64,000 nt of DNA from Balanoglossus misakiensis. Its lineage: Eukaryota > Animalia > Hemichordata. Both the position numbers and the translations under genes were made by a program. The first letter of the stretch is position 1, and each line of letters starts with the position of its first letter. The notes beneath the pieces were generated by a model, which saw only the letters and a list, made by a program, of their open reading frames with translations, was not told the origin of the DNA and made no database searches. Location of the stretch: NCBI GenBank assembly GCA_040954595.2, contig CM082579.2:15538550-15602549 (forward strand), in the 5' to 3' direction. Positions 52,601 to 64,000 of the stretch are shown here, piece after piece.

Positions 52601-55600
52601 TGCATTTTTGGAGTGGTCAAAAGTTTTAACATACAAATAACATGTCATATATGATCAGGGCACCAAATTCGAAGAACAAAGGTTTTTTTATTTTTTTTTC
52701 TAAAAATGACATTTTCAAGGAAAATTTAGTAAAACGCAATTTTGTCTGCAGTGAGCCAAATTAGACGGTCTTTTGTGGAATTTGTATCGATATATACATA
52801 CGAAGAGCATTCTATACTCCATCAGATTTCCGAAAATGTAGAAACAGGTATTTTTTGTAATTTTCAAAAATTTACCATTTTGACCAAATTGTGGCTAAAA
52901 TTGTTATTTTCGTGTTGAATGCCGCCAGTGTCACTGCTTTTAAAAGTCATAAAAACTTTTAACATACAAGCAATTGTTTATATATGATCAGGTCACAGAA
53001 TTAAAAATATAAAGAATGTTTTGCCTAAAAATGACCTTTTTGGTGCAAAAACGAATAAAACGCAATTTTGTATTAAATCAGCTCATTCAGAGTGCATTTT
53101 TTATAATCAGCACCATTTTTACATATAATGGAAATTTCATACATCATCAGATATCCAAATATGAAAAAATGATTTAGATTTTAGATGATTGTCCAAAATT
53201 AGCTGATATCTAATAAATGTAGTATTGAACCGTTCTGTTTCCCCCCCCCCCCTACATTACATGCGGTACGCCGATGTCAGCTTACCCGGCAGTACTGCAG
53301 GCCGTGCCCCCAACTAACGTCGGTGTTTGAAACGCCCTAGTTAAATTCGAGCTTTCTCTATAAATTGACAGGCAATAATGCAGTCCTACCCGAACAAATG
53401 TCGAGTGTTGACCCGCTGTGACTTTCCCTCTTCGGTTTGCCCGACTTAGCCAACGTCTTTGTACTAATGTGTCGGGTCTTTTTGCAGAGCCAGGCCGAAG
53501 GAAATCCAACTTGATCACCGTTGCTAACGAACGCTAGTGTCTGTCATGGTGTGCCGGGGTTTTAGTCGAGCCAGGCCGTAGGAGATCTGACTTGATCATC
53601 GTGGTCAATGTACGCGTGTTTCCGCTCTAAAGTGCCGGGGCTTCAGCTAAACCAGGCCGTAGGAAATCCGACGTAATCCCCGTTGATAACTTACGCCAGT
53701 CTGTGTCATATAGAGCCGGTGCACCAGCCGAGTCACGCCGTAGGAAATCTGACTTGATCAACGTGGTCAATGTACGCCTGTTTCTGCTCTAGAGTGCCGG
53801 GGCTTCAGCTGAGCCAGGCCGTAGGAAACCCGACGTCATTACCGTTGTTAACTTACGCCAGTCTGTGTCCTATATATAGTGCCGGGGCATCAGCCAGGAC
53901 AGGCCGAAGGAAATGTGAGTAGATCAACGTGGTCTCTGTACGCGTGTTTCTGCTCTAGAGTGCCAGGGCTTTAGCCAAGCCATGCCGTAGGAAATCTGAC
54001 TTGATCAACGTTGCTAACGAACGCTAGTGTCTGTCATAGTGTGCCGGGGTTTTAGTCGAGCCAAGCCGTAGGATATCAGACTTGATCAACTGACTTGATC
54101 TCTGTACGCTTGTTTCTGCTCTAGAGTGCCGGGGCTTTATCCAAGCCATGCCGTAGAAAATCTGACTTGATCACCGTTGCTAACGTACGCTAGTGTCTGT
54201 CATATTGTGACGGAGATTTAGCCGAGCCAGGCCGTAGAAAAATCGACTTGTTCAACGTTACCAGTGTGCAACTGTTTCTGCTCTAGAGTGTCAGGGTTTC
54301 AGCCGACTTATGCTGTAGGAAATCTGAGTTGATGAACGGGAATTCATTGTTAGAAAACCCGTGTGGAAAGTATCTCTACCCGTTTCAAACTAAGAAAAGA
54401 ATTTATTCTTATTTATTTTGTAAAAAAGACAATATTTCGAAAAAAAGTCGAAAATGGTAATTTTGTCTTGGGTGATTCAAATTATACCGCCTTTTCTGGA
54501 ATTTGCAGCACTTTTTACAAGAGAACGACACTTCATGATCCATAATATTTCCGAAAATGATGAAAGGAGTTAATTTTTCATGATTTTTTAAAAATTTACC
54601 ATTTTTGTCAAAATATGGCCAAAATGGCTATTTTTTCTTGAATTCCGTCAATATCTCTGCATTTTTGGAGTGGTCGAAAGTCTTAACATACAATCAACAT
54701 GTCATATATGATCGGGGCACCAAATTCGAAGAACAAAGGTTTTTTTTATTTTTTTTTCTAAAAATGACATTTTCAAGGAAAATTTGGTAAAACGCAATTT
54801 TGTCTGCAGTGAGCCAAATTAGACGGTCTTTTGTGGAATTTGTATCGATATATACATACGAAGAGCATTCTATACTCCATCAGATTTCCGAAAATGTAGA
54901 AAACAGGTATTTTTTGTAATTTTCAAAAATTTACTATTTTGACCAAATTGTGGCTAAAATTGTTATTTTCGTGTTGAATGCCGCCAGTGTCACTGCTTTT
55001 AAAAGTCATAAAAACTTTTAACATACAAGCAATTGTTTATATATGATCAGGTCACCGAATTAATAAAATAAAGAATGTTTTGCCTAAAAATGACCTTTTT
55101 GGTGCAAAAACGAATAAAACGCAATTTTGTATTAAATCAGCTCATTCAGAGTGCATTTTTTATAATCAGCACTATTTTAACGTATAATGGAAATTTCATA
55201 CATAATCAGATATCCAAATATGAAAAAATGATTTAGATTTTAGATGATTGTCCAAAATTAGCTGATATCTAATAAATGTAGTATTGAACCGTTCTGTTTC
55301 CCCCCCCCCTACATTACATGCGGTACGCCGATGTCAGCTTACCCGGCAGTACTGCAGGCCGTGCCCCCAACTAACGTCGGTGTTTGAAACGCCCTAGTTA
55401 AATTCGAGCTTTCTCTATAAATTGACAGGCAATAATGCAGTCCTACCCGAACAAATGTCGAGTGTTGACCCGCTGTGACTTTCCCTCTTCGGTTTGCCCG
55501 ACTTAGCCAACGTCTTTGTACTAATGTGTCGGGTCTTTTTGCAGAGCCAGGCCGAAGGAAATCCAACTTGATCACCGTTGCTAACGAACGCTAGTGTCTG

Positions 55601-58600
55601 TCATGGTGTGCCGGGGTTTTAGTCGAGCCAGGCCGTAGGAGATCTGACTTGATCATCGTGGTCAATGTACGCGTGTTTCCGCTCTAAAGTGCCGGGGCTT
55701 CAGCTAAACCAGGCCGTAGGAAATCCGACGTAATCCCCGTTGATAACTTACGCCAGTCTGTGTCATATAGAGCCGGTGCACCAGCCGAGTCACGCCGTAG
55801 GAAATCTGACTTGATCAACGTGGTCAATGTACGCCTGTTTCTGCTCTAGAGTGCCGGGGCTTCAGCTGAGCCAGGCCGTAGGAAACCCGACGTGATTACC
55901 GTTGTTAACTTACGCCAGTCTGTGTCCTATATATAGTGCCGGGGCATCAGCCAGGACAGGCCGAAGGAAATGTGAGTAGATCAACGTGGTCTCTGTACGC
56001 GTGTTTCTGCTCTAGAGTGCCAGGGCTTTAGCCAAGCCATGCCGTAGGAAATCTGACTTGATCAACGTTGCTAACGAACGCTAGTGTCTGTCATAGTGTG
56101 CCGGGGTTTTAGTCGAGCCAAGCCGTAGGATATCAGACTTGATCAACTGACTTGATCTCTGTACGCTTGTTTCTGCTCTAGAGTGCCGGGGCTTTATCCA
56201 AGCCATGCCGTAGAAAATCTGACTTGATCACCGTTGCTAACGTACGCTAGTGTCTGTCATATTGTGACGGAGATTTAGCCGAGCCAGGCCGTAGAAAAAT
56301 CGACTTGTTCAACGTTACCAGTGTGCAACTGTTTCTGCTCTAGAGTGTCAGGGTTTCAGCCGACTTATGCTGTAGGAAATCTGAGTTGATGAACGGGAAT
56401 TCATTGTTAGAAAACCCGTGTGGAAAGTATCTCTACCCGTTTCAAACTAAGAAAAGAATTTATTCTTATTTATTTTGTAAAAAAGACAATATTTCGAAAA
56501 AAAGTCGAAAATGGTAATTTTGTCTTGGGTGATTCAAATTATACCGCCTTTTCTGGAATTTGCAGCACTTTTTACAAGAGAACGACACTTCATGATCCAT
56601 AATATTTCCGAAAATGATGAAAGGAGTTAATTTTTCATGATTTTTTAAAAATTTACCATTTTTGTCAAAATATGGCCAAAATGGCTATTTTTTCTTGAAT
56701 TCCGTCAATATCTCTGCATTTTTGGAGTGGTCGAAAGTCTTAACATACAATCAACATGTCATATATGATCGGGGCACCAAATTCGAAGAACAAAGGTTTT
56801 TTTTATTTTTTTTTCTAAAAATGACATTTTCAAGGAAAATTTGGTAAAACGCAATTTTGTCTGCAGTGAGCCAAATTAGACGGTCTTTTGTGGAATTTGT
56901 ATCGATATATACATACGAAGAGCATTCTATACTCCATCAGATTTCCGAAAATGTAGAAAACAGGTATTTTTTGTAATTTTCAAAAATTTACTATTTTGAC
57001 CAAATTGTGGCTAAAATTGTTATTTTCGTGTTGAATGCCGCCAGTGTCACTGCTTTTAAAAGTCATAAAAACTTTTAACATACAAGCAATTGTTTATATA
57101 TGATCAGGTCACCGAATTAATAAAATAAAGAATGTTTTGCCTAAAAATGACCTTTTTGGTGCAAAAACGAATAAAACGCAATTTTGTATTAAATCAGCTC
57201 ATTCAGAGTGCATTTTTTATAATCAGCACTATTTTAACGTATAATGGAAATTTCATACATAATCAGATATCCAAATATGAAAAAATGATTTAGATTTTAG
57301 ATGATTGTCCAAAATTAGCTGATATCTAATAAATGTAGTATTGAACCGTTCTGTTTCCCCCCCCCCTACATTACATGCGGTACGCCGATGTCAGCTTACC
57401 CGGCAGTACTGCAGGCCGTGCCCCCAACTAACGTCGGTGTTTGAAACGCCCTAGTTAAATTCGAGCTTTCTCTATAAATTGACAGGCAATAATGCAGTCC
57501 TACCCGAACAAATGTCGAGTGTTGACCCGCTGTGACTTTCCCTCTTCGGTTTGCCCGACTTAGCCAACGTCTTTGTACTAATGTGTCGGGTCTTTTTGCA
57601 GAGCCAGGCCGAAGGAAATCCAACTTGATCACCGTTGCTAACGAACGCTAGTGTCTGTCATGGTGTGCCGGGGTTTTAGTCGAGCCAGGCCGTAGGAGAT
57701 CTGACTTGATCATCGTGGTCAATGTACGCGTGTTTCCGCTCTAAAGTGCCGGGGCTTCAGCTAAACCAGGCCGTAGGAAATCCGACGTAATCCCCGTTGA
57801 TAACTTACGCCAGTCTGTGTCATATAGAGCCGGTGCACCAGCCGAGTCACGCCGTAGGAAATCTGACTTGATCAACGTGGTCAATGTACGCCTGTTTCTG
57901 CTCTAGAGTGCCGGGGCTTCAGCTGAGCCAGGCCGTAGGAAACCCGACGTGATTACCGTTGTTAACTTACGCCAGTCTGTGTCCTATATATAGTGCCGGG
58001 GCATCAGCCAGGACAGGCCGAAGGAAATGTGAGTAGATCAACGTGGTCTCTGTACGCGTGTTTCTGCTCTAGAGTGCCAGGGCTTTAGCCAAGCCATGCC
58101 GTAGGAAATCTGACTTGATCAACGTTGCTAACGAACGCTAGTGTCTGTCATAGTGTGCCGGGGTTTTAGTCGAGCCAAGCCGTAGGATATCAGACTTGAT
58201 CAACTGACTTGATCTCTGTACGCTTGTTTCTGCTCTAGAGTGCCGGGGCTTTATCCAAGCCATGCCGTAGAAAATCTGACTTGATCACCGTTGCTAACGT
58301 ACGCTAGTGTCTGTCATATTGTGACGGAGATTTAGCCGAGCCAGGCCGTAGAAAAATCGACTTGTTCAACGTTACCAGTGTGCAACTGTTTCTGCTCTAG
58401 AGTGTCAGGGTTTCAGCCGACTTATGCTGTAGGAAATCTGAGTTGATGAACGGGAATTCATTGTTAGAAAACCCGTGTGGAAAGTATCTCTACCCGTTTC
58501 AAACTAAGAAAAGAATTTATTCTTATTTATTTTGTAAAAAAGACAATATTTCGAAAAAAAGTCGAAAATGGTAATTTTGTCTTGGGTGATTCAAATTATA

Positions 58601-61600
58601 CCGCCTTTTCTGGAATTTGCAGCACTTTTTACAAGAGAACGACACTTCATGATCCATAATATTTCCGAAAATGATGAAAGGAGTTAATTTTTCATGATTT
58701 TTTAAAAATTTACCATTTTTGTCAAAATATGGCCAAAATGGCTATTTTTTCTTGAATTCCGTCAATATCTCTGCATTTTTGGAGTGGTCGAAAGTCTTAA
58801 CATACAATCAACATGTCATATATGATCAGGGCACCAAATTCGAAGAACAAAGGTTTATTTTATTTTTTTTTCTAAAAATGACATTTTCAAGGAAAATTTG
58901 GTAAAACGCAATTTTGTCTGCAGTGAGCCAAATTAGACGGTCTTTTGTGGAATTTGTATCGATATATACATACGAAGAGCATTCTATACTCCATCAGATT
59001 TCCGAAAATGTAGAAAACAGGTATTTTTTGTAATTTTCAAAAATTTACTATTTTGACCAAATTGTGGCTAAAATTGTTATTTTCGTGTTGAATGCCGCCA
59101 GTGTCACTGCTTTTAAAAGTCATAAAAACTTTTAACATACAAGCAATTGTTTATATATGATCAGGTCACCGAATTAATAAAATAAAGAATGTTTTGCCTA
59201 AAAATGACCTTTTTGGTGCAAAAACGAATAAAACGCAATTTTGTATTAAATCAGCTCATTCAGAGTGCATTTTTTATAATCAGCACTATTTTAACGTATA
59301 ATGGAAATTTCATACATAATCAGATATCCAAATATGAAAAAATGATTTAGATTTTAGATGATTGTCCAAAATTAGCTGATATCTAATAAATGTAGTATTG
59401 AACCGTTCTGTTTCCCCCCCCCCCCTACATTACATGCGGTACGCCGATGTCAGCTTACCCGGCAGTACTGCAGGCCGTGCCCCCAACTAACGTCGGTGTT
59501 TGAAACGCCCTAGTTAAATTCGAGCTTTCTCTATAAATTGACAGGCAATAATGCAGTCCTACCCGAACAAATGTCGAGTGTTGACCCGCTGTGACTTTCC
59601 CTCTTCGGTTTGCCCGACTTAGCCAACGTCTTTGTACTAATGTGTCGGGTCTTTTTGCAGAGCCAGGCCGAAGGAAATCCAACTTGATCACCGTTGCTAA
59701 CGAACGCTAGTGTCTGTCATGGTGTGCCGGGGTTTTAGTCGAGCCAGGCCGTAGGAGATCTGACTTGATCATCGTGGTCAATGTACGCGTGTTTCCGCTC
59801 TAAAGTGCCGGGGCTTCAGCTAAACCAGGCCGTAGGAAATCCGACGTAATCCCCGTTGATAACTTACGCCAGTCTGTGTCATATAGAGCCGGTGCACCAG
59901 CCGAGTCACGCCGTAGGAAATCTGACTTGATCAACGTGGTCAATGTACGCCTGTTTCTGCTCTAGAGTGCCGGGGCTTCAGCTGAGCCAGGCCGTAGGAA
60001 ACCCGACGTGATTACCGTTGTTAACTTACGCCAGTCTGTGTCCTATATATAGTGCCGGGGCATCAGCCAGGACAGGCCGAAGGAAATGTGAGTAGATCAA
60101 CGTGGTCTCTGTACGCGTGTTTCTGCTCTAGATTGCCAGGGCTTTAGCCAAGCCATGCCGTAGGAAATCTGACTTGATCAACGTTGCTAACGAACGCTAG
60201 TGTCTGTCATAGTGTGCCGGGGTTTTAGTCGAGCCAAGCCGTAGGATATCAGACTTGATCAACGTGGTCTCTGTACGCTTGTTTCTGCTCTAGAGTGCCG
60301 GGGCTTTATCCAAGCCATGCCGTAGAAAATCTGACTTGATCACCGTTGCTAACGTACGCTAGTGTCTGTCATATTGTGACGGAGATTTAGCCGAGCCAGG
60401 CCGTAGAAAAATCGACTTGTTCAACGTTACCAGTGTGCAACTGTTTCTGCTCTAGAGTGTCAGGGTTTCAGCCGACTTATGCTGTAGGAAATCTGAGTTG
60501 ATGAACGGGAATTCATTGTTAGAAAACCCGTGTGGAAAGTATCTCTACCCGTTTCAAACTAAGAAAAGAATTTATTCTTATTTATTTTGTAAAAAAGACA
60601 ATATTTCGAAAAAAAGTCGAAAATGGTAATTTTGTCTTGGGTGATTCAAATTATACCGCCTTTTCTGGAATTTGCAGCACTTTTTACAAGAGAACGACAC
60701 TTCATGATCCATAATATTTCCGAAAATGATGAAAGGAGTTAATTTTTTATGATTTTTTAAAAATTTACCATTTTTGTCAAAATATGGCCAAAATGGCTAT
60801 TTTTTCTTGAATTCCGTCAATATCTCTGCATTTTTGGAGTGGTCGAAAGTCTTAACATACAATCAACATGTCATATATGATCAGGGCACCAAATTCGAAG
60901 AACAAAGGTTTTTTTTATTTTTTTTTCTAAAAATGACATTTTCAAGGAAAATTTGGTAAAACGCAATTTTGTCTGCAGTGAGCCAAATTAGACGGTCTTT
61001 TGTGGAATTTGTATCGATATATACATACGAAGAGCATTCTATACTCCATCAGATTTCCGAAAATGTAGAAAACAGGTATTTTTTGTAATTTTCAAAAATT
61101 TACTATTTTGACCAAATTGTGGCTAAAATTGTTATTTTCGTGTTGAATGCCGCCAGTGTCACTGCTTTTAAAAGTCATAAAAACTTTTAACATACAAGGA
61201 ATTGTTTATATATGATCAGGTCACCGAATTAATAAAATAAAGAATGTTTTGCCTAAAAATGACCTTTTTGGTGCAAAAACGAATAAAACGCAATTTTGTA
61301 TTAAATCAGCTCATTCAGAGTGCATTTTTTATAATCAGCACTATTTTAACGTATAATGGAAATTTCATACATAATCAGATATCCAAATATGAAAAAATGA
61401 TTTAGATTTTAGATGATTGTCCAAAATTAGCTGATATCTAATAAATGTAGTATTGAACCGTTCTGTTTCCCCCCCCCTACATTACATGCGGTACGCCGAT
61501 GTCAGCTTACCCGGCAGTACTGCAGGCCGTGCCCCCAACTAACGTCGGTGTTTGAAACGCCCTAGTTAAATTCGAGCTTTCTCTATAAATTGACAGGCAA

Positions 61601-64000
61601 TAATGCAGTCCTACCCGAACAAATGTCGAGTGTTGACCCGCTGTGACTTTCCCTCTTCGGTTTGCCCGACTTAGCCAACGTCTTTGTACTAATGTGTCGG
61701 GTCTTTTTGCAGAGCCAGGCCGAAGGAAATCCAACTTGATCACCGTTGCTAACGAACGCTAGTGTCTGTCATGGTGTGCCGGGGTTTTAGTCGAGCCAGG
61801 CCGTAGGAGATCTGACTTGATCATCGTGGTCAATGTACGCGTGTTTCCGCTCTAAAGTGCCGGGGCTTCAGCTAAACCAGGCCGTAGGAAATCCGACGTA
61901 ATCCCCGTTGATAACTTACGCCAGTCTGTGTCATATAGAGCCGGTGCACCAGCCGAGTCACGCCGTAGGAAATCTGACTTGATCAACGTGGTCAATGTAC
62001 GCCTGTTTCTGCTCTAGAGTGCCGGGGCTTCAGCTGAGCCAGGCCGTAGGAAACCCGACGTGATTACCGTTGTTAACTTACGCCAGTCTGTGTCCTATAT
62101 ATAGTGCCGGGGCATCAGCCAGGACAGGCCGAAGGAAATGTGAGTAGATCAACGTGGTCTCTGTACGCGTGTTTCTGCTCTAGAGTGCCAGGGCTTTAGC
62201 CAAGCCATGCCGTAGGAAATCTGACTTGATCAACGTTGCTAACGAACGCTAGTGTCTGTCATAGTGTGCCGGGGTTTTAGTCGAGCCAAGCCGTAGGATA
62301 TCAGACTTGATCAACGTGGTCTCTGTACGCTTGTTTCTGCTCTAGAGTGCCGGGGCTTTATCCAAGCCATGCCGTAGAAAATCTGACTTGATCACCGTTG
62401 CTAACGTACGCTAGTGTCTGTCATATTGTGACGGAGATTTAGCCGAGCCAGGCCGTAGAAAAATCGACTTGTTCAACGTTACCAGTGTGCAACTGTTTCT
62501 GCTCTAGAGTGTCAGGGTTTCAGCCGACTTATGCTGTAGGAAATCTGAGTTGATGAACGGGAATTCATTGTTAGAAAACCCGTGTGGAAAGTATCTCTAC
62601 CCGTTTCAAACTAAGAAAAGAATTTATTCTTATTTATTTTGTAAAAAAGACAATATTTCGAAAAAAAGTCGAAAATGGTAATTTTGTCTTGGGTGATTCA
62701 AATTATACCGCCTTTTCTGGAATTTGCAGCACTTTTTACAAGAGAACGACACTTCATGATCCATAATATTTCCGAAAATGATGAAAGGAGTTAATTTTTT
62801 ATGATTTTTTAAAAATTTACCATTTTTGTCAAAATATGGCCAAAATGGCTATTTTTTCTTGAATTCCGTCAATATCTCTGCATTTTTGGAGTGGTCGAAA
62901 GTCTTAACATACAATCAACATGTCATATATGATCAGGGCACCAAATTCGAAGAACAAAGGTTTTTTTTATTTTTTTTTCTAAAAATGACATTTTCAAGGA
63001 AAATTTGGTAAAACGCAATTTTGTCTGCAGTGAGCCAAATTAGACGGTCTTTTGTGGAATTTGTATCGATATATACATACGAAGAGCATTCTATACTCCA
63101 TCAGATTTCCGAAAATGTAGAAAACAGGTATTTTTTGTAATTTTCAAAAATTTACTATTTTGACCAAATTGTGGCTAAAATTGTTATTTTCGTGTTGAAT
63201 GCCGCCAGTGTCACTGCTTTTAAAAGTCATAAAAACTTTTAACATACAAGCAATTGTTTATATATGATCAGGTCACCGAATTAATAAAATAAAGAATGTT
63301 TTGCCTAAAAATGACCTTTTTGGTGCAAAAACGAATAAAACGCAATTTTGTATTAAATCAGCTCATTCAGAGTGCATTTTTTATAATCAGCACTATTTTA
63401 ACGTATAATGGAAATTTCATACATAATCAGATATCCAAATATGAAAAAATGATTTAGATATTAGATGATTGTCCAAAATTAGCTGATATCTAATAAATGT
63501 AGTATTGAACCGTTCTGTTCCCCCACCCCCCCCCCCTACATTATATGCGGTACGCCGATGTCAGCTTACCCGGCAGTACTGCAGGCCGTGCCCCCAACTA
63601 ACGTCGGTGTTTGAAACGCCCTGGTTAAATTCGGGCTTTCTCTATAAATTGACAGGCAATAATGCAGTCCTACCCGAACAAATGTCGAGTGTTGACCCGC
63701 TGTGACTATCCCTCTTCGGTTTGCCCGACTTAGCCAACGTCTTTGTACTAGAGTGTCGGGTCTTTTGCAGAGCCAGGCCGATGGAAATCCGAGTAGATCA
63801 ACGTGGTCTCTGTACGCGTGTTTCTGCTCTAGAGTGCCAAGGCTTTAGCCAAGCCATGCCGTAGGAAATCTGACTTGATCAACGTTGCTAACGAACGCTA
63901 GTGTCTGTCATAGTGTGCCGGGGTTTTAGTCGAGCCAAGCCGTAGGATATCAGACTTGATCAACGTGGTCTCTGTACGCTTGTTTCTGCTCTAGAGTGCC

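Larger units (their letters stand above)
11654..64000. repeat. Satellite array, ~2.05-kb monomer. Satellite segments: 11654-13526, 24116-25431, 26827-28798, 33668-35828, 43051-43302, 46627-64000
   Basis: The same motif recurs at 52307, 54363, 56420, 58477, 60532, 62584 (2052-2057 bp spacing); 13 poly-C landmarks; sequence resumes in register across every insertion. Confidence 0.97.

Noticed and set aside
55290-55540. Unique part of the satellite monomer as a 5S/snRNA/tRNA/ribozyme gene
   Set aside because: No recognisable 5S, tRNA box A/B or hammerhead core by eye; an Rfam covariance search would be needed to exclude it fully.
47400-64000. 81-bp (27-codon) subrepeats as a repeat protein; recurring short ORFs (MESISTR.., MIKLDF..)
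   Set aside because: Stops in all six frames of typical units, and indels between monomers break the frames.

Overview
Eukaryotic (animal, probably marine invertebrate) repeat-dense DNA; nothing prokaryotic. Positions 1-6.4 kb hold a compact 5-exon gene (C14orf93/DUF4616-like), a small coding fragment and two minisatellites. These abut a 5'-truncated Gmr1-type Gypsy retrotransposon (PR-INT-RT-RH order) whose 3' LTR runs straight into a ~2.05-kb-monomer satellite array (11,654 to the end). Each monomer is built from ~335-bp AT-rich and ~81-bp GC-richer subrepeats. The edge monomers are each interrupted by a different mobile element: a BEL/Pao LTR element (itself hit by a CR1-like LINE and then internally rearranged), a TIR MITE, a PAT-like tyrosine-recombinase retroelement, a nest of five Helentron-like non-autonomous elements, and an Academ-like element carrying a decayed Tx1/L1 LINE. 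From 46.6 kb onward the array is uninterrupted and increasingly homogeneous. All family assignments come from motifs and structure read by eye; no database searches were run.
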